Shown: positions 39,134 through 50,300 of the stretch, piece after piece | Layout: each line of letters opens with the position of its first letter | How positions within the stretch are numbered: the first letter of the stretch is position 1 | IMG/VR virus record: IMGVR_UViG_3300048625_000299 | Span: 124,001-188,000 of that record | DNA: 64,000 bases | Strand: one strand, 5' to 3' | Translations under genes and position numbers: made by a program | The notes under the pieces: model-generated | What the model saw: the letters and a program-made list of their open reading frames with translations, nothing else | Told to the model about the DNA's origin: nothing | Database searches by the model: none

Positions 39134-40014
39134 GTGAAATGGGTAAGATGGGGTTTGTGTGGTGGTTTGGCGTCGTTGAAGATGTCATGGATCCGCTGCA
39201 GCTCGGCCGTGTTAAGGTGCGCGTGTATCATTTTTATTCGATGAATAATTCTTTGCTGCCTACGGAAGATCTGCCTTGGGCTCATATAGTGATGCCAACC
39301 ACCAGCGCTAGCTATCAAGGTAAGGGTTGGAGTCCTACGTTCATTCGTCCTGATAGTACAGTGTTTGGATTCTTCGTTGATGGTCCTCAAGGCCAAATGC
39401 CGATTGTGTTAGGAACTTATCCTGGCATTCCGCAACCGAATCCAGACTTCACTGATACTGATAACTTTACTTCCGACATGCATGACGTCAGCCAGTTGGC
39501 AAGAGGAGTTAATAAGTTGTCATCTGCCAAGGCAGAGGTGAGGTCCAAGGAAGATAATCCTATGGAACCACCTCCGACAGCGACGTTCGGTGCGCAGTAT
39601 CCATACAATAAAGTATTTGAGTCTGAACGTGGGCATGCTATCGAGATGGATGATACACCAGGTGCCGAGCGTATCCATGTGTACCACAACAGCGGGTCAT
39701 ATGTGGAGATGAGTAACGGCATGACGGTAGATAAAACCAACGGCATCCGAATAAACACTGCTACTGTTGGCCATTATACAAAGAGTAATGGCGATATGTT
39801 TGTCGTTGCAGATGGTGCGTTGACGATATATGCGAAGGGTGCTATTAATATGGCGTCTGATAAACAGATATCGATGTCTGCTCCGCTGATAAATATAAAT
39901 GGAACTGCCGCTGTTAACATCAATACAGCTGGTATGTTGTCTATGTCTGGTTCTACCACAACAGTCTCGGGTATCTTGGGCCTTTGGTTGAATCCTGGAA
40001 GCACTGTATCATAA
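39130..40014 (+). CDS. gp5: Baseplate central spike gp5 (no lysozyme domain)
   Basis: WWFGVVED..DPLQLGRVKVR...LPWA...YPYNKVFESERGHAIEMDDTPGAERI. Confidence 0.92.
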   Translation: MSEMGKMGFVWWFGVVEDVMDPLQLGRVKVRVYHFYSMNNSLLPTEDLPWAHIVMPTTSASYQGKGWSPTFIRPDSTVFGFFVDGPQGQMPIVLGTYPGIPQPNPDFTDTDNFTSDMHDVSQLARGVNKLSSAKAEVRSKEDNPMEPPPTATFGAQYPYNKVFESERGHAIEMDDTPGAERIHVYHNSGSYVEMSNGMTVDKTNGIRINTATVGHYTKSNGDMFVVADGALTIYAKGAINMASDKQISMSAPLININGTAAVNINTAGMLSMSGSTTTVSGILGLWLNPGSTVS

Positions 40015-40024
40015 TAGGAGTAGC

Positions 40025-40312
40025 ATGCCGAAGTTAGTTGGAAGAGTAGGAGCTCCTACTGATACTGTTGGTGGCGTGCCTTTGATGGCGCCACTATATC
40101 CTACCGTCACGGTAGGTGGACTTCCGATAGCTGTTGTCGGTACTCCTGTTGCACCTCATGGTGCAGGACCGCATGCAGCATCAAAGATGGCAGTTGGCAA
40201 TCCTTTAGTGTGGGTAGGTGCAGCAAAGACACCAGTATGTGGAACTGGAGATACAGCAACATGCGTACATCCCTTGATAGTTGGGCCTGACGCAAAAGTA
40301 TTCATAGGCTAA
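40025..40312 (+). CDS. PAAR-repeat spike tip protein
   Basis: TVTVGGLPIAVVG.PVAPH...H...GDTATCVH; follows gp5. Confidence 0.85.
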   Translation: MPKLVGRVGAPTDTVGGVPLMAPLYPTVTVGGLPIAVVGTPVAPHGAGPHAASKMAVGNPLVWVGAAKTPVCGTGDTATCVHPLIVGPDAKVFIG

Positions 40313-40313
40313 A

Positions 40314-40742
40314 ATGGCAAATATTTCAATAGCAGATAAATTCACATCTACAGATGTAAAGACGGAGTTGTTTAGTGACTTTGGTGTAGACCTGCAGCTC
40401 CATCCTGGTAAACGCGACATTGTGCGCATGACGAACGAAAATGCTGTTAAGCGGTCGATTGTCAATCTGCTATTGACGGACTATCACGAGCGATTCCACC
40501 AACCATATCTTGGTGCTAATATTAAGCACCTGCTGTTCGAGCCAGCTTCCGAAGATACGCTTTCGTTGCTACGACATAGAATTCTCACATGCATCAGCAA
40601 ATTTGAACCACGCGCTAATGTGATATCGTTGCGCGTCACCACGACTGCTGATGAACACCAAGTACAAGTCAATCTAGTGTTCAGCCTTGTTAACACTTCA
40701 ACTCCTGTAACACTTAACCTCCTTCTTAATAGAGTACGATAA
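40314..40742 (+). CDS. gp25: Baseplate wedge subunit gp25
   Basis: NENAVKRSIVNLLLT...ERFHQPYLG..I..LLFEP...FEPR. Confidence 0.93.
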   Translation: MANISIADKFTSTDVKTELFSDFGVDLQLHPGKRDIVRMTNENAVKRSIVNLLLTDYHERFHQPYLGANIKHLLFEPASEDTLSLLRHRILTCISKFEPRANVISLRVTTTADEHQVQVNLVFSLVNTSTPVTLNLLLNRVR

Positions 40743-42541
40743 TGGCCAACGGTTCAATTAATCTTGTCAATCTAGACTTCGACACACTGAAGTCGTCCTT
40801 CAAGTCTTACCTCAGCTCACAAACCGCATTTAAGGACTTCAACCTCGAAGGGTCGAATCTTAATGTATTGCTTGATGTAATGGCATACAATACATACATT
40901 AACTCCTTCTATCTGAACATGGTCGCGAGCGAGATGTTCCTTGATACAGCTCAGTTGAGAGCTAGTGTGATATCACACGCCAAGGAGTTGAATTATGTTC
41001 CACGATCATTCCGATCAGCCAAAGCTACTATCGATTTGGCCGTGACGCCAACGAACCCTAATGGTATCACTACCGTCACGATACCGCGCGGTACGTCGTT
41101 CACTAGTAAAGTCGGGTCGAACACATATACATTCACTGTTCCGGATAACCTACTGATTACGGGGTCTACTAACGGCACATTCTATGCGAGCAATGTGGAC
41201 ATATATGAAGGATCACTCGTTACGGACACGTTCGTTTACAATTCGGCAAGCGAGAGCCAGCGCTTCATCCTATCAAATCCCACAGTCGACACAACCAGCT
41301 TGCGTGTGTATGTCACTGAGGATAATAGTAGCACCACACTATCATACCAGCAAGCAACTTCATTCTTAGGGCTGAACAATGCATCGCAAGCATTCTTCGT
41401 ACAGGCTGCCGAGAATGACTTGTACGAGATTGTATTTGGTAACGGTACACAAGGACGCCTACCGAAGCACGGAGCAGTTATTTCCGTCGTATACCAAGTA
41501 GGCAATGGTGAGCTGCCAAACGGATGTAGCATTTTTGCAAGCGATGATGCAATCGACGGTCATACCAATGTTCGTGTAACTACGGTGCAAGATGCCATCG
41601 GTGGCGCAGTGCATGAAACTACACAGATGATTCGTAAGAATGCTCCACGCTACTTCCAAACGCAAGAGCGTGCGGTTACGGCATCAGATTATCGTACATT
41701 ATTGCAACTCAACTATCCTGAGATTACTTCCATATATGTGTTCGGCGGCGAAGAAGCCGACCCACCACGTTACGGAAAGGTTATGATCTCTACCGATATT
41801 GCAGGGTCTGATGGCGTATCAGATTCGAAGAAAGAAGAATATAGAAAGTTCTTAAAGACTAGATGCCCACTAACGATCGATCCTATTTTTATCGATCCAG
41901 AATTCTTAAATGTGGAAGTATATTCTACCGTAACGTATAATGTCGACACGTCGGCGTCCTCCGAAGCAGAATTGATATCTGCTATTGCTACCAAGGTACG
42001 TGTGTTTAACGAGCAGAACCTAAACGATTTTGGTACAACGTGCCGCTACTCAAAGTTGGTGAAAGCCATCGACGATACTACTCCAAGCATAATCGGCAAT
42101 AGTACTGAACTGATCGCATATAAGGACCTAAATCCTGCACTCAACTCAACAGAACCATTTACTGTACATTTCCGCAATCCTTTGAAGATTCTTAATAGCG
42201 CGTATGTGCACCCATATGTCGACAACCATACGATATCGTCGTCATTCTTTACCTATGGCGGAGCGCAGTGCAAAGTTGAGGACGATGGGTTTGGGGTTGT
42301 TCGTATAGTTACAATTGCTGATGAGGGAGCAGACCATGCAACCATCATCAACGTCGGTACGGTAGACTACACGACAGGCACTATAGTTTTCAATGCTGGG
42401 TTGAATATATCCGCATATGAGGGAAGCGCAATACGCTTGCGCGCCGTGACAGACAGTAAGGACATTACAGCTACGCAAAATGATATAATCAGAATCAAAG
42501 ATGATGATATAATCGTAACAGTTATTGGTGAGCGCGGATAA
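40742..42541 (+). CDS. gp6: Baseplate wedge subunit gp6
   Basis: LDFDTLK.SFK.YL..Q..FKDFNLEGSNL.VLLDVMAYNT...QERAVTASDY. Confidence 0.95.
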   Translation: MANGSINLVNLDFDTLKSSFKSYLSSQTAFKDFNLEGSNLNVLLDVMAYNTYINSFYLNMVASEMFLDTAQLRASVISHAKELNYVPRSFRSAKATIDLAVTPTNPNGITTVTIPRGTSFTSKVGSNTYTFTVPDNLLITGSTNGTFYASNVDIYEGSLVTDTFVYNSASESQRFILSNPTVDTTSLRVYVTEDNSSTTLSYQQATSFLGLNNASQAFFVQAAENDLYEIVFGNGTQGRLPKHGAVISVVYQVGNGELPNGCSIFASDDAIDGHTNVRVTTVQDAIGGAVHETTQMIRKNAPRYFQTQERAVTASDYRTLLQLNYPEITSIYVFGGEEADPPRYGKVMISTDIAGSDGVSDSKKEEYRKFLKTRCPLTIDPIFIDPEFLNVEVYSTVTYNVDTSASSEAELISAIATKVRVFNEQNLNDFGTTCRYSKLVKAIDDTTPSIIGNSTELIAYKDLNPALNSTEPFTVHFRNPLKILNSAYVHPYVDNHTISSSFFTYGGAQCKVEDDGFGVVRIVTIADEGADHATIINVGTVDYTTGTIVFNAGLNISAYEGSAIRLRAVTDSKDITATQNDIIRIKDDDIIVTVIGERG

Positions 42542-45500
42542 TGAACATACTATTACACGATAAGATATCTCCTCTCATCGAGTCGCAGTTCCCTGCCTTC
42601 TATAGAGAAGAGGGACCGCAATTCGTAGCTTTTGTTAAGGCGTACTACGAATGGCTCGAGCAGACAGGCAACCCACTACATGAAGCTAGAAACCTGCTTC
42701 AATACCGCGACATCGACTCGACGCTAGATGCATTCATCCCACACTTCGCGGACAAGTATCTGAATGGCGCGAGAAACGTAACGATCGGCGAGCAACGCGA
42801 TCTGATCAAACACTCGCACGATTTGTATCAAACGAAAGGAACTGTTCAGTCGCTACGACTCGTGTTCCGTATGCTGTTTGGCGAATCAGTGGATGTGTAT
42901 TATCCTGGTGATGACATCTTGCGCGCATCTGATGGCGTGTGGGTTATTCCAAAATACATCGAATTGTCGGTCAGTGATATGGCAGTCACGTTTGTGGGCC
43001 GCGACATCAGAGGCAACTTGTCGGGTGCGAAAGCGTTCGTTGAGCGTGTGGACCGTAAGACATTCGATGGTAAGGTCGTAGATGTTGCTTATCTATCAAA
43101 CGTACAGCCAAACCAAGAAACTGGGCAGGCATTCGTGTATGGTGAATATATTTCGGCCGATGGCATTATCAAGGGTGCCCCTCAGGTAGTCGGTTCATTG
43201 ACACGCGTCAATATTACCTCATCTGGTAGCGGGTTTGTTGAGGGCGAAACGGTCGATATCGTATCGAGTCGTCGCGGCCATCGAGGCAAAGCGCGCGTTA
43301 CTTCTGTGGGTAATAGAACAGGTGAGGTCAATTACCGTCTTCTTGATGGTGGTTATGGTTATACGCTGAATGCTAACATATATGGAACCGATCAGAAGGT
43401 ATACGTATCTGCTAATGTGTTGTCGCTGACGGCATTTACGAGCAGCAACTCTTTCATCACTAGCTTTCCGGAATTTACTACAGTAGTACAGCCGCTAACG
43501 AACGTATCATTCAGCACTGCCAATACAACATTCAGTGCTGGCGACTTGGTGTATGGTACTACTAACACAACATCTCAAGTCCTTGCAACAGGATTCGTGC
43601 TGTCTGTATCTCAAGCCGTCGGTTCTGGTACGATGGTAATATCCCCTCACACAACTGCAGCTGCCAATATCGACAGCGTGCAATTCGCGAACACGATGAC
43701 TGGATCATTCATTATCGGCGAAAGTGTGTATCAATCAAATAGCAGCGGAAATGCTGCAGTTGGCACGGTTGTAAAGGCCAACTCATCATACATTGTCCTC
43801 GATCAGCGTTATGGACCATTTGCGAACGGGCAGCTGATCATTGGCAGCACGTCTGGTGCCAGAGCTAATGCAGCATCTGTTGACATAAGAGCTTTCGATA
43901 ACACAAACTTTTCAAACACCAACATCACTAGATTGTTGGTAGGTGAGACAACTGGTGGAGCATACAAGACTGGAGCAAGCGACATAAGCGCATCGGCTAA
44001 TGTGGTGGGGTCTAACACAGGAGCTGTAGGCGTGTTCGAAGTGACGAACAGCTTTAAAGGCGGCTCACATGCATGGTTGTATTCTCCATATAATGGTGCT
44101 GTGGCCGACATTACCGTGACGTCGAGTGGTTATCCTGGACAATTCAAGATTGGTGCTATTGGTAACACTGAAGTTGTATACTTAGGTTCCGATCTGCTGA
44201 GTGCCAATGCAGCGCCCAATACGACGTTCCTGGAATTGCCACTAGACTCATCGACATATGGGTTTGCAGCGAATACTTCTGCCAATCTGTCTTCTGTACT
44301 TGCGTCTGCATTTAGTAAAAATGCATACACCATCGGTACTGTACTGACGCTGACCGAGCGCAACCCTGGATACGACAACACGGCGAAACCATTCGTAGTC
44401 GAGATAGAGCAAATCGTCGCTTCTTATGGTAAGCGTAGCAGATTCACCGTCGGTATTGCTAACAACGTTGGTATGTTCGGCGTAGGGGAGCGAGTCACAC
44501 AGAGCATCAATCTTCCTGTCGCGAACGTGGCCGTTACAAATGCTAGCGGAACATTTGACTTTTCGATCAGAGAGACTATCAAACAAGTCCGTGCTGATGG
44601 TCATACTACGTTTGGCGATCTATACACAACATCACTGGTGAGCGGAGCTGGGTCCATTCGCATACTGATCGCTAACACAGCAAATACGTTCGACTCATCA
44701 AATACGATTGTGGGGCTGGTGTCAGGTACAACAGCTAATGTGACATCTGTGGGACTAGCAAACGTTGGTATAACTACTTCAGGTATTGTTGTAGGATTGT
44801 CGAACAATCAAGTCGACATTCAGCGCACATCTTTCCGCGACTTCGTGCGGGGATCTATAATATCTGGTGCTGAATCGGGTGCGACCGCGAACGTCGTCAC
44901 CATCCAAGAAGACTCTTCGTCTGGTGTGCTTGGCAACAACGTATATGTTGACCCAGAAGCTGGTATTTCTGATGGACGGATTAATACTCTCGAGGTTTTG
45001 GATTCTGGTTTCTTGTACGAGGATGGCGAGACTGTCGATATCTCGGCCCCAGGCAATCAAATCACAGCAGCAGGCATTGCTCGCATCGAGACGTATGGAT
45101 CATCGGAAGGTTACTGGAGAGGCGATCGTGGAACGCTCGATAGTACCAAGAGAATCCAAGACAACGAATACTATCAAGAATACTCGTATGAGATCCGAAC
45201 AGGACTCAGCAGAGAAAAGTATGAAAGTGTCGTTAAGAGCCTGACTCACGTTGTGGGAACAAAGATGTTCAACAAGTATGTCGGCGTGACATTGTCGAGT
45301 AAGCCAGTAGCATCAGCGAAGGCCACATACAGCAGGATCACCACACTAACGCTATCCGGCACGACTGGAACGTATGTGGTTGGCGAGACCGTCAGCCAGG
45401 CAAGTCAGGGAACTGGTCGGGTTATATCGTATAACAACACACTAAATAGATTGCAACTCGTAGATGTTGTAGGATCATTTACTGCATCAGGAACTGTTAC

Positions 45501-45552
45501 TGGTGCCAGCGCAACTGCGACAATCAACAGCGTAAACCTCTTGTTTATATAA
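42541..45552 (+). CDS. gp7: Baseplate wedge initiator gp7-like
   Basis: LIESQFPAFYREEGPQFVAFVKAYYEWLE...KGT..S...FRMLFGE...IQDNEYYQEYSYEIR. Confidence 0.8.
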   Translation: MNILLHDKISPLIESQFPAFYREEGPQFVAFVKAYYEWLEQTGNPLHEARNLLQYRDIDSTLDAFIPHFADKYLNGARNVTIGEQRDLIKHSHDLYQTKGTVQSLRLVFRMLFGESVDVYYPGDDILRASDGVWVIPKYIELSVSDMAVTFVGRDIRGNLSGAKAFVERVDRKTFDGKVVDVAYLSNVQPNQETGQAFVYGEYISADGIIKGAPQVVGSLTRVNITSSGSGFVEGETVDIVSSRRGHRGKARVTSVGNRTGEVNYRLLDGGYGYTLNANIYGTDQKVYVSANVLSLTAFTSSNSFITSFPEFTTVVQPLTNVSFSTANTTFSAGDLVYGTTNTTSQVLATGFVLSVSQAVGSGTMVISPHTTAAANIDSVQFANTMTGSFIIGESVYQSNSSGNAAVGTVVKANSSYIVLDQRYGPFANGQLIIGSTSGARANAASVDIRAFDNTNFSNTNITRLLVGETTGGAYKTGASDISASANVVGSNTGAVGVFEVTNSFKGGSHAWLYSPYNGAVADITVTSSGYPGQFKIGAIGNTEVVYLGSDLLSANAAPNTTFLELPLDSSTYGFAANTSANLSSVLASAFSKNAYTIGTVLTLTERNPGYDNTAKPFVVEIEQIVASYGKRSRFTVGIANNVGMFGVGERVTQSINLPVANVAVTNASGTFDFSIRETIKQVRADGHTTFGDLYTTSLVSGAGSIRILIANTANTFDSSNTIVGLVSGTTANVTSVGLANVGITTSGIVVGLSNNQVDIQRTSFRDFVRGSIISGAESGATANVVTIQEDSSSGVLGNNVYVDPEAGISDGRINTLEVLDSGFLYEDGETVDISAPGNQITAAGIARIETYGSSEGYWRGDRGTLDSTKRIQDNEYYQEYSYEIRTGLSREKYESVVKSLTHVVGTKMFNKYVGVTLSSKPVASAKATYSRITTLTLSGTTGTYVVGETVSQASQGTGRVISYNNTLNRLQLVDVVGSFTASGTVTGASATATINSVNLLFI

Positions 45553-45554
45553 GC

Positions 45555-47315
45555 ATGTCAAAAATATTTACTACTAAATTCAGAACAGCGGTGGTTGGTA
45601 GAATCATCACGTCTAACCCGATTTTCTATATGTTTTTAGGAAAGTCGCAGCCATTCATCGACGATCTGAATGCACCTGACCCTACGGACCGTGTATCAGA
45701 AACATACACGGGAGCGTACGATTCGATGATCGCCGCTAAGTCTATTGCTAGTACGGACATGTCACCTATGATCCCTAGAATCGATTGGCAGTCTGGTGTT
45801 GGCTACAAAGCATACCGTCATGATTCTGGCAGTTTATATGGAAACAACTTCTATGTGTCGGTAGATTCAGGCAGCGGCCATGATGTGTTTAAGTGTTTGA
45901 GCAATAACGGCACATTGTCAACTGTTGCTCCGGATGCAACTTCCACATCTCCAAGCGATGACATATATGAGACGTCGGATGGATATCAGTGGAAATATAT
46001 GTACACTGTCCCTAATGCTGTGTTTACAAAATTTGCTTCTGAGGACTTCATCCCTGTGTTTGCGAATGCTGCTGTGGTGGGCAATGCTGTGTCTGGAGCA
46101 ATCGACTACACACAAGTTACATACGGCGGATCGAATTATGATGCACATACCAATGGCACGATCCAAGCAACATCGGTCGGCGGCAACTCATTGCTATATG
46201 TAATCGAGTCCTCTGCATCATCAAATGCAAACTTCTACAACGGTTCGGCCATCAAGATCACAACTGGTACTGGTGCAGGCCAACAGCGCACCGTCGCAGG
46301 ATATCTTGTGTCTGGATCAACTCGTACTATAGTGCTGGACCGTCCGTTTGACTTATCTCCAACGATCTCATCAACATATGAGATCACACCGAATGTATTG
46401 GTTATCGGCAATGGCAACAACTTCCAAGCTCGTGCGCTCGTCAATTCGGCTGCATCTAATTCCGTCTATAAGATAGAAATCACTAATAGGGGCAGTGGAT
46501 ATACCACAGCGTCATTGTACTTTGCAGGTAATACGGGCGGCGTATCCAATGCAGCTTCGGCCGAGGCAATCATTGGCCCTAAGGGTGGCCACGGATCGGA
46601 TCCAATTAACGAGCTTGGTGGTAGATACTTGTGTATAACCACTACCTTCAATACCAGTGATGCTGAAGCAAACAACAAGGTACTGGATACAAGCGAGTTC
46701 CGATCCATCGGCATCATATCCAACCCATCGATGGCAAACATTCAGCTATCATACACAAGCTCCACTGGATCGTTCATCAACGGCGAAACAATAACGCAAG
46801 CAACCACCAATGCGACAGGTAAAGTAGTCACATCGACTGCTAATACAGTCACACTGACAAACGTGACACGCCATTTCCGTACAGGAAATTCAAGTGTAAA
46901 CTATATCGTGGGTGCAAATTCTGGAATATCTGCCGAGGTTGTTGCTGTAAGAAACAACAACAGCGCAAACTTAACTGCAAACGTTAGTTATGCCTGCCAG
47001 CTTACTAAGTTGAACATATCATCGTTGTCAGGCTCATTCGTATCAAACGAAACGGTGACTATGACCGGCAACACTGCAACATCTAACGCGATAGTGTACT
47101 TTGCAAACACATCGCAAGTATGGCTGACTCACGTAAAGGGTGCTGTAGGAACTGATGTGATGAGCCCAACTACAGGATCGACTGCTCCGATTGATAGCGT
47201 AGTATATCCAGATATTATCTACGGTTCTGGTGATATTATGTACATGGAGAATTTTTCGCCGATAAATAAAGCACAAGGTCAAACAGAATCAATCAAAGCT
47301 ATTATAGAATTCTAA
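45555..47315 (+). CDS. gp8: Baseplate wedge subunit gp8
   Basis: PRIDWQSG..Y..Y...VFKCLSNNG...TSDGYQWKYMY...GHGSDP..ELGG. Confidence 0.88.
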   Translation: MSKIFTTKFRTAVVGRIITSNPIFYMFLGKSQPFIDDLNAPDPTDRVSETYTGAYDSMIAAKSIASTDMSPMIPRIDWQSGVGYKAYRHDSGSLYGNNFYVSVDSGSGHDVFKCLSNNGTLSTVAPDATSTSPSDDIYETSDGYQWKYMYTVPNAVFTKFASEDFIPVFANAAVVGNAVSGAIDYTQVTYGGSNYDAHTNGTIQATSVGGNSLLYVIESSASSNANFYNGSAIKITTGTGAGQQRTVAGYLVSGSTRTIVLDRPFDLSPTISSTYEITPNVLVIGNGNNFQARALVNSAASNSVYKIEITNRGSGYTTASLYFAGNTGGVSNAASAEAIIGPKGGHGSDPINELGGRYLCITTTFNTSDAEANNKVLDTSEFRSIGIISNPSMANIQLSYTSSTGSFINGETITQATTNATGKVVTSTANTVTLTNVTRHFRTGNSSVNYIVGANSGISAEVVAVRNNNSANLTANVSYACQLTKLNISSLSGSFVSNETVTMTGNTATSNAIVYFANTSQVWLTHVKGAVGTDVMSPTTGSTAPIDSVVYPDIIYGSGDIMYMENFSPINKAQGQTESIKAIIEF

Positions 47316-47326
47316 GGAAAAGCTAA

Positions 47327-50300
47327 ATGCCATTAGACAAACAGTCAACGACGCTAAGACAGTCTCCATACTTCGACGACTATGCCGAAGAGAGCAACTA
47401 TCACAGAGTCCTGTTTAAGCCATCCGTGGCTGTGCAAGCGCGCGAACTGACGCAATTACAGACAATCTTGCAGAACCAAATCGAGCGATTTGGCGATAAC
47501 ATTTACCAAACGGGTACAATTATCAAGGGTTGTTCCTTGATTACGGATTCAGAATATCACTACGTCAAATTGTTCGACTTGCAACCAAGTGGCGATAACT
47601 ATTCGATTTCTGCACTCGTAAACACGTTCGTCGTTGAATCGACCAGCAACCTGCATGCTCTCACAGTCAACTATGCGCAAGGCGGTCAACAGCTTGATCC
47701 TGATCTAAACACATTGTACCTGAAGTATTTGAACACAGGCACAAATGGTGAGAAGACCTATAGCAACAACTCTGTTTTGACGTCATATCATCGCGACTAC
47801 CGTGTGGAGTCGATTCGTGTTGTTGATGGCGGTACGCTATACTCTAACAGCGATGTTGTTGGGTTCGTGAGCAACACTGGATCTGGTGCAAGTGCACAAA
47901 TTATTACATACGCTAACGGAACAATCCGTAGTGTGAATGTGGTCGAACGTGGATCTGGATATGTAACAGTACCTGATATCACCATTACATCCACTAATGG
48001 ATCTGGTGCATCATTGAACATCATTAACTACCTTGCTCAGGTGCAGGTAGCTAATAGCGTGTACACATCTCCAGTTGGCCGTGGTACAGCTATCAAAACA
48101 TCTGATGGCGTTATCTACCAAAAAGGCCATTTCATCCGTGTTGCCGCGCATGAAACCATCCTTTCAAAATACAATATTACACCTAGCAACGTTGCAGTAG
48201 GTTTCGTTACTAGCGAAGCCGTTGTTAATAGCAACTCAGACCAAACGTTACTCGATAATGCAGGCGGTACGACCAACTTTACAGCTCCAGGTGCAGACCG
48301 CCTCAAGCTGACTGCTAACCTCGTTGCACTATCTACAGCAAACGCTGCAAGCAACAACGAATTCTTGTCGTTGTATGAATATCAAGATGGGCGTGTCGTT
48401 AAAGACCGCACATTCACCCAGTACAATTCTATCAATAAAGAATTGGCACGCCGTACGTACGAAGAATCTGGTAACTATGTTGTCAACCCATTCACGCTAT
48501 ATTCAGAAGGTATTGTAGGTAACACCTCTCATCTGAGCATGGTCGTTGGTGCTGGCGTCGGGTATGTTGAAGGTGGCCGTGTTGAGATTATGAACAACAC
48601 CCGCTATCCAATCCGCAAGGCTACAGATACAGCTACAGACACAACACAAACAATCGCAACCAATTATGGTGGATATGTGATGATCAAAGAGTACATGGGT
48701 ACCTTCGATGTCAAGAATGCGACCACTATAGCGTTGTACAATGATACAACCGCTTCGCCTTATGGCCGTGCTGCTATTAGCACTGGTGCTGGCATTGGCG
48801 CCCCATCTGGTGGTGTTCAGATTGGTACTGCTCGCGTTCGTTCAGTTGCTTATGATTCGGGTGTTCCTGGGTCTGCTGAGTGTACATATCGTATGTACTT
48901 GTTCGACGTCCAAATGTCTCCTGGTTATGCGTTCAGAGACGTCCGCACCGCGGTCGCTAACAGCTCAGGCGTTGCAGATATTATCTGGGACAGCGCTCTA
49001 GGATATGCTGTACAATATGATACAGATTTCGACCGCCTTGTATTTGAGACTGGCACGTTCGCTGTACAACAACTCGACAATGAAGTTGTAATTGCTCGCA
49101 CATCCAACAACACAGGTTCGTTTACGTTGTCTGGTGACTTGAGTATTTCGTTGGGTAGTGGTGTCCAATTCCCATACGAAGCAAGCTCTACGCTTAACAC
49201 AGTTCAAGAACGAGACTTCATTGTTGTGCCAAGCAGCGCGATGACTAAGTCGTCCAATAACAGTGGCACAATTACTGTATCGTCTGGTGCTAATACCGTC
49301 ACTGGTACTGGTACATTATTTACGACTGAGTATACAGTCGGTCAATACATTAAGGTCGGCAACACAAGTATCTCAGGCAACACTGCTCTGATTACTCGTA
49401 TCATTTCGAATACGTCTTTGCAAGTTGCTACTAACTGGGGCGCGACGTGGTCTGGTAATGCTCACCATACAACATACCCAGCAAACGTGCCAATCGATTT
49501 TGCTCCTGCGGGCCGCAGCATCACTACAGATTCTACACGTAGTGCTATTACCGTTTCATTGGGTCACCCAATTACAGCAACAGCTGGCGCTACAATCTAC
49601 CACGATGCAGAGTATGATTCTCCTGCTGTTCGTGTTAAGTCTGCCAACACATATTACGTAAAAGTTTCCAATACAGCAACAAATACATCATCAAGAGGTC
49701 CATGGTGTTTGGGCATTCCAGACGTCGTCGATCTGATTGGCGTATATGTGGGGACTGGTACCACATACGCCAACACGTCTAGCACAAACTATCGCGACAG
49801 TTTTGTCATTGATAGTGGTCAGACTGATAACTTCTATGGCCTCGCTTCACTGAAGATTAAGCCAGGTGCATCTGTCTCGCTCACCAATAAGAACTTGTTG
49901 GTGGTCGTTAAGGCAATGACGCACGGCGTCGGATCATACATCTCGACTGAATCGTATAGTGGCGCTATCGATGATGTGAGCGAGCCATTGCCAGCTAATA
50001 AGATCCGCACACAGGATATTCCTGTATTCGTTTCGCCAAAGACTGGTAAGGCATATGATTTGCGTAATGTGATTGATTTCCGTCCAATCTGCTCTAATAC
50101 AGCAGTACTGGCAGCGAATACTTCAACAGCAACCATCGATCCAAGCAGCACGGTATCTTTTGCTGCTACGGATAAAAAGTTTCCATCGCCAACAAGATCC
50201 TTCACGGGTTCCGTGACGTCATATTTGGCACGTCGTGATAGAATCATCATCGATAAAGTCGGCTCCATCCGTATTGTTGAAGGTACTCCATCCAACTCAC